Source: Calcarisporiella thermophila CBS 279.70 (Eukaryota; Fungi; Calcarisporiellomycota). From it: a stretch of 64,000 nucleotides of DNA. This document shows, in pieces, positions 1 through 12,908 of this stretch. How positions within the stretch are numbered: position 1 is the stretch's first letter; the number at the start of each line of letters is the position of its first letter. The translations under genes and the position numbers were made by a program. The stretch covers positions 217,444-281,443 of the forward strand of contig NW_027192194.1 of assembly GCF_041956535.1 (NCBI RefSeq), read 5' to 3'. Below the pieces are notes generated by a model. It did no database searches. It saw only the letters and a list, made by a program, of their open reading frames with translations, and was not told the origin of the DNA.

Positions 1-497
1 TATTGACTATTAAAACATGGTTAGGTGAGCGGGCGAAGTACGAGAAACACCAATCCTTACGAAATGGTAACACCGTAGAAAATCGCTCCCTTTTCCCCTC
101 CAATAAACACACCCCTGGTTTGGTATATTAATCCGAGTTAGTCAATGGGAGTAGTGACTAGTACTACAAGATCCTCAGCGTCAAATAGAGCTAACTTCAT
201 ATGCTTCCATGATCCGTGTTCTGTTTATCTCTAATGACTCTCATCCGTTTCAATTTCTCAAAGCATTCACAACCATGAGTACATATTGGAAAAGGAATGA
301 AAAGAAATGACGATAAAAATTTTACAAAACTTGGGAAAGCAAAGGAAAAGAGGGAGAAAAAAAGAGAAGGGGAACAAACATAATATTCATAAAGGTTTTC
401 CATAACAAAAAAATCATGATTTTTTTTTTCCATTCCCGGGAAGAGTACCCATAGAACATATAGGTCAGAGGATGCAAAATACACAAGATAAAAAAAT

Positions 498-2213
498 CTA
501 AGCATTGTACGATGACGAGGCAACATTTCCTCCACGACCGGTCCAGTTGGTGTGGATCCAGTTGCCGGGCTGACCCTCCAGCTCATAGGTGTGGGCACCA
601 AAGTAGTCGCGCTGGGCCTGGAGCAGGTTGGCGGGCAGGCGGTCGTGCCTGTAGCCGTCGTAGAAGGCGAGGGCGCTCGACATAGCCGGTGTCGGGATGC
701 CAAGGAGCACGGCCTGAGCCACAACCTGGCGCCACGAGTCCTGGGCCTTCTCGGTGGCCTTCTTGAACCAGTCGTCGAAGAGCAGGTTCTCGAGGTTGGG
801 GTTGTTGGTGAAGGCATTCTTGATGTCGCCGAGGAAGGCACTGCGGATGATGCATCCACCGCGCCACATCAGGGCAATACCAGCGTAGTTCAGGTGCCAG
901 TTGTGCTCCTTGGCGGCCTCACGCATGAGCATGAAGCCTTGGGCGTAGGAGATGATCTTGGATGCGAACAACGCCTGTCCGAGCTGCTGGATGAACTTCT
1001 TCTTGTCGCCCGAGAACACGGTGTTGGGTCCGGCAAGGATCTTGCTTGCGCGCACGCGCTCATCCTTGAGGGCCGACAACGCACGAGCGAACACAGCCTC
1101 TCCAATCAGAGTCACGGGCACGCCATAGTCGAGAGAGGAGATGGCGGTCCACTTTCCGGTACCCTTCTGGCCGGCCGCGTCGCGGATCTTCTCCACCAGC
1201 GGCTTGCCGTCGGTATCCTTGAACTTGAGGATATCCTTGGTGATCTCGATCAAGAACGAGTCGAGTTCGCCCTTGTTCCACTCCTCGAACACCTCGCCAA
1301 TCTCCTCGGGCTGCATGTTGAGACCTTCCTTCATCAGGTGATATGCCTCCGCAATCAACTGCATGTCTCCGTACTCAATACCGTTGTGCACCATCTTCAC
1401 GTAGTGTCCGGCACCAGTCTCACCCACCCAGTCGCAGCAAGGCTCGCCGTTCGCCTTGGCGGCCACGGCCTGGAAGATGGGTTTGAGGTGAGGCCATGCC
1501 TCCTTCGAACCACCAGGCATGAGCGAGGGGCCGTAGCGCGCACCCTCTTCACCGCCCGATACACCACATCCTACGAACAGGAAGCCCTTCGCCTCGAGCT
1601 CCTTGGTTCTGCGGATGGTGTCGGGGAAATGAGAGTTTCCACCATCAATGATAATGTCTCCCTTCTCAAGGTAGGGCAAGAGCTGGGCAATGAAGTCATC
1701 GACAGCCGAGCCAGCCTTCACGAGAAGCATCACCTTGCGCGGGCGCTTGAGTTTCCGGCAGAGCTCTTCAATAGAATGAGCGCCGACGATTTTTGTGCCT
1801 AAGACAAGCATGGCATTTTAACGTGAGGAAAGGACGAAGGCGAGCTAAAGGAAGAGGGAAAAACTACCTTTGGCTTCATTCTCAAGGAAGTGATCAACTT
1901 TGGAGACTGTGCGATTGTACGCGCAGACAACATAACCGTGGTCATTAATGTTAAGGATCAGGTTCTGACCCTGTTACGAGAGGGGCAAGATAAGAGAAAG
2001 GTTAGGCACACACCATGGGCTACGACGGCAATGTCTCTGCCGCGATAAAACTTCAACGTACCATAACAGCCAAACCAATGAGGCCGAAATCAGCACTGCA
2101 TAGTTGGGTAAGGCAGTGTATAACAGACTCGTTAGTAATGATGGTAAGGATAACCAGAGCAGCCCCCCCCCCCGAGGGGTAGGGCAGGTAACTTACATAG
2201 CAGTGTCAGACAT
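498..2213 (-). CDS. GND1: 6-phosphogluconate dehydrogenase, decarboxylating (4 exons)
   Basis: Spliced N-terminus reads MSDTAIADFGLIGLAVMGQNLILN across GT-AG introns. The ORF has DGGNSHFPDT, GVSGGEEGAR, KMVHNGIEYGDMQL and QRDYFGAHTY. Confidence 0.97.
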
Positions 2214-2363
2214 TATGAAAGTAGTTTTGATTAGAGGAGAGAGAAAGTTTTAGGTGGAGAAGCCCGAGGCAACAACGAGAGAAAAAAGAGCAAGTCGAGG
2301 ACAGGGGTCTTATAAGAACACGTAGATAGGTTTGCGGATTTCTAATACCCCTCTCGAAGAAAG

Positions 2364-2389
2364 TGACGTCCCACGTTGCTAACGTGGGA
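2364..2389. promoter_or_regulatory. TGACGT element abutting a perfect 9-bp inverted repeat (TCCCACGTT-gct-AACGTGGGA) upstream of GND1
   Basis: Seen directly about 155 bp upstream of the GND1 ATG. A regulatory function is inferred only. Confidence 0.3.
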
Positions 2390-3856
2390 AAAAGGAATGG
2401 TGAATAATCCACGATTTATCAGGGAATTTCCAAGAAAGGCCGGGTGGACTCTCGGCTAGGAAATCGGCTCATGTTTGATCTGGGAGGCTGCGTCTGTGTG
2501 CGAAGGCGAGGGCGTTAAAGGGCTTGCTCGCCAGAGGACTCATGCGGGAGCCTTCTCTCGAGCTACCTTCGGGCAAAGCCGACCAACTTTCCGTTGGGGC
2601 GGATTATCCTGCATTGCTTACAAAGAACTGAATGATCTCATCTTACAAATATCTCTGCGGAATATGAAAGGCTGCTTGTCGAGAGATAGCGCGCGCAGGA
2701 GGCCTAGCGAAAGAGGCGCCTCGACTTCCTCTATCGCCGACGTGCATCCTTGTCGAGCCCGCCATATGCCAAGAGTTTTGTTATTGCTCCTAATTGGGAG
2801 GCATCGACCGAAGGGGTGGTGTCGCCCCCAACCTTTTCCCCCTCTTATCTCTGTCCTCCACCTTGTGCACAATCCATGGCTCATCTGCGCGCTCTTGCAC
2901 ATGCCCTACAGGAGGAAAGCCCTTTCAGGCCACTGTGCGATTCCAAGCCGCCATATGGTTGCATATTGGGGAAAACCGATCTTGGCCAAGAGTATGTTGG
3001 AAACAGATTGGCTTGATATCAGCTCCCATCTCTCTCTGCTCGAGGCGAGTAAATTTGCTAATCGGGTCAAGGCCAATCAGCAGAGAGCAGCCCTTTTTTG
3101 GAGAGTAGAGATAACAAATCTTCGCTGCACCATTTCTGATTTAATAGACGAGAGCCATATGACTTAAGCGCATGATGCTGACAGCCTAACCTGTTGAGAG
3201 GGGCTGCACCGAGATTCGGGCTGGTGGGTAGAGAATAACCACCCCAAATTCACTAGTATTAGTCGTAACCAAGCCAGATCAATATAGGAGGATACATACA
3301 ATGATTCATGCATAGATCTATACAAAATCTACGAATGCCTCAAAAGTGGATAGAAACCCACCCTCTAATCATAGCAAATAAATCTATCTCGGGTTACTAG
3401 TTTTCCGGCTAATCGTTGAAAAGAAAGCTAAACTAAAATTCAGCAGAAAGGCGGAGAGATCTAGAAGATAAGATACCAGAGCATGTTAAGTGCTCATCGT
3501 CATCGCAAGAAGAAAATGGCAGACATAACTCTTCCCAGAGGTGTATAAGTAATTTTGTGTATAATAAAAAAAAATCGCGCCACTTATACATTGATCCTTC
3601 TCAACTTTTCTATTGGCGTCTTAAGCATGTGTTTGTTATCCCTGCTAGATTTGTGCAGATTGTAAAAGAAATTGTTTCATATTTTTATTCACCATTATCT
3701 GCCTTGATAATCAGAAAAAAAAAAATAAAGTGTAATAATTAAAAAAAAAACACCTTGTATATCCCTCCAGGAAGAAAAGAGAGAGAGTAAAGAAGACATG
3801 AAGAGAGATCACAACAGATCAAACTATGGTAACAAGAAAAGTAAAAACAAAAGGCT

Positions 3857-6762
3857 TTAAGCACGATTTCGGCTTTGTTGCATCTTGCCCCTGACGCTCT
3901 TTCCTAATACCTTTCCGAACGCATTCCTTCCCCCGGTGCGCTGCTGAATCTTTCCTCCGCCTACGGTCTGGCGTGTCTGATGGCTCGGTGTCTGATGCTT
4001 GTGGTGTCGCTGCTGCCGCCCTCCCTCTTGCTGCTGTGTGGTCTGGTTCTTTTGCTCCAGCAGTCTCTCGTTCGACTCGACAAGGGTGGCCGCCTTTTCT
4101 GCCAGGGTGATGCTCAGGGTCTGCACCTTGGTGGGCTCGACGTGGTGGAGCATGATACAGCCGCTGACCTGGTCCAGGCTTGCGGACAGCTCCTCCCCAA
4201 AGATCATCTTGGACACAATGGCCGTCACTGCACTCGTGGACAGGCCGAACATCTTCGAGAGCTGCTCCACGCCGATGGAGTCGTAGAATGAGGAGTAGGT
4301 GAAGAGGTAGGTGCGGAGTCCTTCTTCTTGGATTTTTCTATTCAAGTTCAAGCAAAACGTTAGCACCGGGGCTTGACAAGCCAGCCCGAGCATCCCAACA
4401 CTTACTGTCCCAGCATCTCCTTGATTTTGGGGGCCTCTGGCAACAAGTCCCAGATCTTGATGCTTGTGATCAGATCCCGACTCTTCTCCCAGTCGCCCGA
4501 GGCAAGTGCCTTGGCCGCGCCCATGATGTGGTCGCGGGTGTTTTCCGGTGGCCCGCTGAAGACTTGTCTCTCGCTGAAGTCGAGCATTCTCCGGAAAGGC
4601 TTGCTTAGCACACGCTTCCGTGCCTCTGGATTCGAGCCGGCCGCGGCCATGCTTGGGATCTCGAGCAACATCGAGCAGGTGAGGTATACGCATTCGAGCA
4701 GTTCGAGATTAATATGCATGTGGAAGGGGAGTTGACGCTGGCGCTCCATTCTCTCCTGTTCGGGGGAGAGCTGTGCAAACTTCTGCATCTGTAGGCCTTG
4801 TGCGAGGAGTTCTCGGACGCGGCCAGTCCCGTTGATGTCTTGCAAACAGCTGTGTGCCTCGCGAATAAGCCCTTGCTTGAAGGCGCACAGGCCGACCTGC
4901 ACCATGGCGCGGTTGTGGAGTACCTGGGTGGCAATATCAGCCTGGTGGATGGTTTCCTGCAAGTGCGACATGAGAAGCATGTCACGCGCGACGTAGAAGC
5001 GGTTGTGGAGAGCGTGGTGGTAGATATGGCAGAGCATGGCACGGGTACGCATCATGGAGGGTCCGTTCTTATAAAGATAGACGCAGAGGCTGTGGATGAG
5101 CTCCACGGGGTCCTGGGACACGTGGGCGAAGCTGTCTTCGAGGTTGTCGGGAAGCATGCTACGTGCTGTCTTCTCAACGGTTGCGATGACCTGATCAGGC
5201 TATTGAAATAAGGGTAGAAGGTAGGTGGTGGTTAATGGATATGTATGGAAGGAGGGATAGAGAAACACAATCCAATTACCTTATAGTAGAGGTGCTCCAA
5301 CCGGCGCATCACAATGCGATGGATGCTCTCCTGCAGGTTATGGCGCTCAAAGTAGCACTGGCTGCGTACAATGAGGGAGTATAGGCTTGTCTCGTCTTTC
5401 AGCCGGTCGACATAGTCGGTTGTGTGTGGGTCAATGTTCTGCAGAGATTTGATGAATTCGTCATCTAAGCGGTCGATCAACGACACAATTGAACCGCGCA
5501 CGCCGACAGTAACGCCTTCCGCAGGGACAATGTCTTTGTCGTCATCAAGCTCCTGGTCGACCACCTCCTTCACGACGTATTCTGGGTGCTTCTCTAGGAT
5601 ATCAAGCAGCTGGCCCACTTCTTTCTCGGCAGCTTTCCAAATGTCCAGGTTCATGTAGCCACTCATGCTGGGGGTCACGTCGAATTGTGCGGCAATGAGG
5701 GTAAGCAAGACGCGAATTCGTTGGTAGGGGGTCTGTGCTACCTCCAACAGACGCTGAAGGATGCGAACTTGCTCCATCCGATCAGTGCTCTGGATGATGT
5801 ATGGGATCGCGTTAGATTGAAGAGTTCAATCCGGGAAACTATAGGCAAGGTTACCTTTTTGCCTCTGGCCTCTACCACCTCTCGCAGCTTCTTGAACAGG
5901 TTATCGATGGTGATTTCCATAACTTTTCCGCCGCTTGACACGGGGGTGAATCCCTCCTCGTCAGCCGCATCGCCATCGACCACAACGCTGCGTACCTGAG
6001 TTGGTCGCACAGTTGTGGGCACAACAACTTCTTCCTGTTCATCCTCGTCTTCCAGTGTGGGGTTCTAAAGAAGAGAAACAATATCAAGGTTAGGCAGGCG
6101 AGTTACAGCAGGGTCATGCACGGCAAGCTTCACACCTTTCTGAAGTTTTCAATATGAGTCTCGTAGTTTTTGTTGTTTTTCTTTAATTTCTGCTTCATAA
6201 CGTTCATGGCGCGCGAATTGACGGCGTTCATCTTGGGCTTCTTCTGCTGTACCTCTTGCATGTAATCCTCGAGATCAGCAAGAGCCTTGATGTAGGTGCG
6301 AGGTGGCTTTCCACCAAATACTCCACTCGCCTTCTGGATGGTTTTGTTCAATTTTTCGAATTCTGGCAAGAGCACAACAAACGGCATAGTTAGCGCACAT
6401 GAATAAAAAAATGCGATGGAACAAAAAGTTCCTCTGACGAAATTACCATTTTGTATCGCTACCCAGTCGTTGATCTTTTGTGCGTTCTCAATCACCTTAA
6501 TCGAGGCATCGATCTCCTCAAATCGCTTATCTTTAGCGGATTTGACCACGCGCCTTCCCTCCTCCTCTTCGCTCTCTTCATCCTCGTCATCTCCGCCGCG
6601 CAAAAAGCGTGAGCGACCGGTCTGTCTCTTGGGCTCATCTTCTTCCACTTCGGAGACCTCCTCCGACTCCTCCTCTTCGGACAGCTCTTCGTCCGAAATA
6701 TAGGACTCGTCAGATGAGGATTCGGTATCTGAGTCAGCGGCTGAGCGGAAAAAACGGGACAT
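3857..6762 (-). CDS. NIP1: Translation initiation factor eIF3 subunit c (multi-exon)
   Basis: MSRFF start with an acidic N-terminus, [42 protein letters not shown] and a C-terminal PCI domain ([13 protein letters not shown]). Confidence 0.96.
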
Positions 6763-7040
6763 AATGCTAATGAACTATGTGTCCTCTGTTAGCCGATCCT
6801 TTGTTGTTTTTTTTGGGTAGGGATGAAAAGATCAAGATGCAAAAAAACAACAGAGAAAAATTTTTGTTTACGCTCCTAGTGTTCGTCAGATCTGTGAAAG
6901 CCACATCAGAAAGCTTCTGAAATTTATGGTCACGATGAAAATGCCCGCTAATTCCCAGTTTTCATGTCTACTGTTCATATTCCCTTGGCAGGTCTTATTA
7001 AGCACCCAATGACAATCCGCCTCAATATATACTGCTAGTA

Positions 7041-10000
7041 ATGCACACGCCTTACTTTCACTGCCATTTGCCCATGCTTGTGTTTGTCTTTGTACTCCTT
7101 TCCCTCCTTTTTTGTTGTAATGCTCTTAATAGTCAGCCGCGGAACATCATCGATGCATCGGCACGGCCTGCCGACCCCTCCGCTCAGATCAAGTTCTCCA
7201 CAGACACTCGGAAGGATCTGATTAAAAGGGGGGACATTGGCCCTGCTCTGAGAACCACCGAGATTCGAAATAATCGTTATCTCAGGTCGACCGATATTGT
7301 ATTATTATCCACCCTCGATGGGGCCCTTCATGCGGTTCATCGCGGCTCAGGAGTGGTCCTCTGGACAGTGCCCTCTCAGACTGGTCCGATGGTGAGCATG
7401 TCTGTGAGTATGTCATGTCCTAACCCAAACCCTTCCTATTCGAGCGGGAAGCCTTTGAATGAGTCCAAACCTAACGAGGATCACGAATGGCATCCGCCCG
7501 AGGAGAACAGTCTCTCCACTATCGGAATGGATGAGGAGGAGGACAGAGAATGGTCAGACAGAGACATAAGCTACCTAGTAGAGCCTGTCGGTGAAGGAAA
7601 CCTTTACGCCCGCGATTCCAGCGGAAACATCCAGGTGAATCTGCCTGAATCTAGCAGAATGCGGCCGTCATTGTTCTAACCTTGTCTTTTGCTCTGTTGG
7701 CACAGAAATTCCCGCTTACGATTAAGCAGCTTCTTGGGATGCCGTCCCGATTCGATGATGGGAAGGTTTGCGTTGGATCGCTGAAGACAACGCACTACAC
7801 AATACACCCGAGAACAGGCGAAATCTTGCAATCCTATTCTAATGATTTTATTATGGAGCACGAAAAGCTGCACGATTCACTGCCACATGACGCCATTTTT
7901 ATTGGGAGAAATGGTAATCCATCTCTATCTCTGCCCCTCTATCTAGTTTCGGATGGCCTCGTCGGTTCTTACTCTTTGCTCTTGCTTTTTATTTCCATTT
8001 AGAATACAAACTATTGATTGTGGACGGTAGGCTCAAGCCTGAGTGTTCTCCTCTTTTGAACCTGTCATATAGCATGTATTCTCCCAATTTTGATATGGGC
8101 TATGCTTCACAGCTCTATCCCGGGGATATTCACATTTTCCAAATGTGGAAAAAAGCATATGCGGTGAATCTTTCCAATGGTATCCCAGTGTGGCATGTCG
8201 AGTTTGACTCCCCCGTCATCCAAGTGTTCAACGTCTACGCCACCTCGGAGCACTCTCCTCGTCTCATTGTCACCAGACAGCCTCCCGTCTCGAGCTCGGA
8301 TATTCGCGGCGAAACTCCTACCAGCAAACTTCTGCGAGAAGAGCTGGAGCGCAATACTAGAGGAATCCATCTTCACGTGGAGAATTTCGGGGGGACGAGT
8401 ATTGCTCGCTCAACCGAGCATTTCCCATTCGTGAATATAGATAAACCTCCGAATTCTCTGTCGGCTTCCCCACTTAAGGTCAAGCTGCTTCCTGCCCCAG
8501 GTGACGAAGAGACAGGGGAGTCTCCGCTCGAAGTGGACAAGGACGAGAAAAGATTGCCCGTCTCCCCTTCAACCTCGGGCTCCTGGCTCGACGAACTGGG
8601 GCGGTTTTGGAAAACAGTGGCGCTTCTCCTAGCTGGTCTGGGGTGGACCTTCCGTCGCCTAATCCAACATGCCTGGTGCAAGACCATCGAGAACAATGGG
8701 GTGCTGCGCACGTGGCTAAAGTGGGCAGTGAGTCCTCAGGAGGAGTCACAGCAAGGACTGCAGCACCAGGGAGCAGAAGCGGATGAGGTTGAGGCCCATT
8801 CAGAGAACGAGAAAAAGGACGAGGGAAAAAGAAGAAAGAAAGGGAAGAAGTTGAAAAATCACAAAGAAACCTCACCCAAGAACACGCATCCTCCCCAACC
8901 CTCTGGTCCAACAGGCGACCCTGTCTCTCCAGATTTGGCCCACCAAGGAGTGGAGCAGAAGGAGACGAGTAGAGAGAGCAATGCCCCCAGACCGATGACT
9001 ACAACAAGCAGCAATGGGTTCCCGCTTAAATTCAACTCTCTCACCGTTTCCGATACAATTCTAGGTAACGATCCCCTACGCTGCCCCTTCCCATTTCAGC
9101 CTCCTCTTGTCCAGTGCATTCCACTTACCTTGTTTTCTCTTTTCAGGATACGGGAGCCAGGGCACGGTCGTGTTCAAGGGCATGTTTGAGGGGAGAGAGG
9201 TGGCGGTGAAACGCCTGCTCCTCGACTTCTACGACATTGCTCATCAGGAGGTGATGCTGCTGCAGGAGAGCGACGACCACCCCAACGTCATCCGCTACTA
9301 TTGCAAGGAGCAGTGCGACCGGTTCCTTTACATTGCTCTCGAGCTGTGCCCGGCGTCGCTCTACGACCTGGTGGAGCGCAGCAACAGCGAGGCGATGGCG
9401 GAGCTGCTTGCGACGACGTCCCCCCCCAAGATCCTCCACCAGATCATCTCGGGCCTGCACCACCTGCACAAGCTCAAGATTGTGCACCGGGACATCAAGC
9501 CCCAGAACATCCTGATCTCGACGCCACGCAAGGGGGCCCGGGTGCTGATCTCCGACTTCGGGCTGTGCAAGCGGCTGGACGCCGACCAGAGCAGCTTCCA
9601 CAACACCACCCTCCACCCGGGCGGCACCATCGGGTGGCGGGCGCCCGAGCTGCTGAAGAACGAGAGGGGTGCGGCGGGGGAGGCGCTCGCGCGGGGCGAC
9701 GGGATCGAGGAGTGGGAGTGGGTCGGGGAGCGCGAGCAGCTGCGCATCACCAAGGCCGTCGACATCTTCTCGGCGGGGTGCGTGTTCTACTATGTGTTGT
9801 CGGGGGGCGAGCATCCGTTCGGGGACCGGTTCTCCCGCGAGGCCAACATCCTGCGCAACCAGTACTCGCTCGAGCGGCTCGAGGGCATGGGGGAGGAGGG
9901 CATCGAGGCGTGCGATCTGATCCGCCGCATGCTGGCCCCCAACCCCGCCGACCGCCCCGACACCGCCGAGGTGCTGCGGCACCCCTTCTTCTGGACGCCG

Positions 10001-10402
10001 ATGCAGCGGCTCGCGTTCCTGCAGGACGTGTCCGACCGCCTTGAGGTGGAGGAGCGCGACCCGCCCTCGCCGCTGCTGGAGGCGCTCGAGCGCAACGCGC
10101 GCGAGGTGGTCGGCCCCGACTGGCACCGCCGCGTGGACCGCGTGCTGGTGGAGGATCTGCAGCGGTACCGGCGCTACGACCGCGGCAGGATCCAGGACTT
10201 GCTGCGCGCGATGCGCAACAAGAAGCACCACTACCAGGACCTGGGGGAGAGCGCGAAGCGCATTCTGGGCCCGCTGCCCGACGGCTTCCTCACCTACTTC
10301 AACACCCGCTTTCCGCGGCTCTTCTTGCACGTGTACTACTTGGTGGCGGAGAGCGAGCTCCGCGATGAGGTCATGTTCCGGCACTATTTTGACATTTCCT
10401 GA
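7041..10402 (+). CDS. IRE1: ER stress sensor kinase/endoribonuclease Ire1 (about 4 exons)
   Basis: Signal peptide, luminal STLDGALHAV motif and a TM segment. Kinase motifs GYGSQGTVVF, HRDIKPQNIL, DFGLCKRL and GWRAPE. KEN RNase motif DLLRAMRNKKHHY. Confidence 0.96.
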
Positions 10403-11290
10403 CGTGGCCCTGTTCCCCCTCCCCTCCTCCCTGCTCCCATGTCTCCTCCACCACCTCCACCACCTCCTCCCTCCTCCCCCCTGCAGCTCTGATTCCAATC
10501 GGCTTCCAGCCGCTGCCCCTGGGGGAGCGAGCCTCTTATCTCTGCTTCGCCCCATCCTCTTGGCGCTAGATGCAATCGTGCATTTTATTTCCACTGTAAT
10601 TATTCTATTATTTTTATTGTGAGCCTCTTTTTCGCCCTCTTCTCTCCACCCTGCTTGTCTCTCACGATTTCCTCCCCCGCCTGTATTTATTGGTCCGAGG
10701 ATCTTAATATGCCCAATACATTCTTGCAAGAGCTTAATTGCATTAACAGCTGCTGACAGCCGCATCCGCTGATTGCATGCGTTTTATGTTATTGTCCATA
10801 TATTAATTCCAGCTCCGGGGGGGGGGGCGGTGGCGCAGGACCCCAGCGATCTCCCGCCGGCCCGCTGCGGCTGCACAAGCCGCAGCGCGATTTCTTGAAT
10901 TCTGCTGACAGAGCTGCAAGGCGCATTTTCCCCCGTCAGGCAACAAGGTTTAATAATCGAGGGGAATTTTACCGGAAGGCAAGCGCGCAGGGCTGCGGGC
11001 GGGGAAGCGCGCAAAAAGGAAACCGACCCCCAGGGGATGCGCGTCTGCAAAATGTCGCGCGCCCAATGGGCGGCCGCGTCTGCTTACGTGACACGCAATT
11101 ATTCCAAATCTACTGCTCAGATCCTAGGAAACTCTCTTTACCCCCCCCTCGTTGCTAAACTGACGACGGGACTAGGAATTTTTTAAACTTCTTCCTTCCC
11201 ACCCCCACCAACCACGCTCTTCTTTTTTCGCTCTTTTTCCCGTGCTCTCCCCTGCGCTTTCTCCCAACCCCACGCTTGCTGCCTCTGCCC

Positions 11291-11310
11291 GTCTGTCTGT
11301 CTGTCTGTCT
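11291..11310 (+). repeat. (GTCT)5 microsatellite in the putative 5' UTR of the cold-shock gene
   Basis: The run gtctgtctgtctgtctgtct is seen directly. Confidence 0.8.
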
Positions 11311-11342
11311 CTCTCTTCGCGCGCTCCCCCTTGCCTCCATCA

Positions 11343-12050
11343 ATGACATCCCGACGCACCGGCCGCGTAAAGTTCTTCAACTGCGCCAAGGGCTACGGCT
11401 TTATCATCCCCGCTGAGGGCAATGCCGAAGGTAGGTGCTCCCGCCGATCTGCATCGCCATCGCGCGCCATGCTCACGATTGCCCCCTCTGTAGTCTTTGT
11501 GCACCACTCCGCGATCGTCAACATGGGCGGGTACAAGACCCTAGCAGAGGTAATCCCTTCCCTGTTCATTGCCTAGCTGCGATGCTCATCCCCCTCCCCT
11601 CTCTCTCCCCTTCCCGTCTCTGTAGGGCCAGGAGGTATGTGCCAGCGCCACTGACATGGATGCTAAGTGTGTGTGATCTCTTCAACTCTAAATTATGCTA
11701 GGTGGAGTATGACTTGGTCGAAGGCCCAAAGGGCTGGCAGGCTGGCCGAGTAACTGGCCCTGGCGGCCAGCCAGTCGTTGGAGACCCTGCATTTGGTAAG
11801 CTCCCCCCCCCCCACAGCCCTGGCTGCCGCTCCCCAGCCCGACTAATTCTTCTGCTTTTGGTAAGCCTACGCCGGCCTCCCCGCGTATCCCTACGATTCC
11901 CCCTCGTCCACCTACGCGCAGGCCCCGCCGTTCGGTTACGTGTACGCGCCTTACACGCAGCCACAGCCCGTCATGATGGTGGTGCCACACCCTTCCCCAT
12001 ATACCCAGCCCGGCCAGCCACACCTGGGCAACTATGGCCAGCCATTCTAG
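11343..12050 (+). CDS. Cold-shock-domain (CSD) RNA-binding protein with a Tyr/Pro/Gln-rich tail (5 exons, including a 9-nt microexon at 11626-11634)
   Basis: Spliced protein reads TGRVKFFNCAKGYGFI..EVFVHHSAI..YKTLAE|GQE|VEYDLVEGPKGWQAGRVTGPGG, which contains RNP1/RNP2 of the CSD. All introns are GT-AG and in frame. Confidence 0.9.
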
Positions 12051-12908
12051 CCTCCTCTTCCCCCCCCCCCCCCGTCCGCCCCTCCCCCGCCTGCTTCCTT
12101 CCTTCTAGCTAATACCTTATCTTTGTTCAACGGACTTTTTTTTCATTATCTATTCTAGAGAAATTGGGTTCAACTCCATTTCCCTTCTCGTCGTGACAAT
12201 GGATCCCCCCGGATCCGCCCTTATCATCTTTAGGTTGTAACTTCTATATATATGTTTTTGAAGCGACGTGCCTAAGACCTGTCATCTCTATTATTTAATT
12301 AAAGACCTCATCTCTTCCATTGCACGTTGCTCCGACGCGCAAACCCAAAACCTTCTTGCCTCACCTCAGCTCGCTCAACCAGGGCATTCCCCATGGCCCT
12401 CGGGCGCTCCCCCTCCGCCACGTACCCCCCCGCGGGCGAGGGGCGCGCGTCCGGATTCGCGGGCGCTCTCCCCTCGAGGAGCGGCAGGGGTTGGACTCAC
12501 CGCGCCACCCTTTAGAATTTCGGCTCATACCTGAAGCCGATTCCACGCTGAAGCTTGACGCTTATTAAGCACCCGCCTCGGAAGAATGGGTGACGTTGAA
12601 AACGCGCTCTATCGGAGTGGGGGATGGATCCTGTACACACGCCACCTCAGGAGGGCCAGCCAGGATTTCTACTTTCATTGTTTTTCGGAACGCTGGGCCG
12701 CTATCACGGGCAAAAACATTCAGGATAATCCATTTTCCCCCTTGCGCAACGGACTATTAGTAAACTTCGCCCAATGATGTGTCGTTGCACAAGAGCTCTC
12801 TGCTTGATTGATGCAAATCAGATAAATACACTCCTTCCCGCGCCGACTCCATGCCCGAGTCTCGATTGACTTGATTCTCTTCATTCCATTCTTCATCCGC
12901 AGCACGTC

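Noticed and set aside
460-500. Stop-codon readthrough or a cryptic peroxisomal signal in GND1
   Set aside because: The stop is TAG-ATT, not TGA-CTA, and the extension does not end in a PTS1.
552-1802. 416-aa antisense ORF over GND1
   Set aside because: A typical antisense mirror of a strongly codon-biased housekeeping gene.
2475-3167. 230-aa ORF in the GND1-eIF3c intergenic region
   Set aside because: Non-ATG start, random-looking composition and no family recognised. A ncRNA here cannot be excluded, but none was recognised.
9143-10765. 540-aa antisense ORF and other overlapping ORFs over the IRE1 kinase exon
   Set aside because: These are shadows of extreme GC3 bias, which depletes stop codons in other frames. 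No recognisable motifs.
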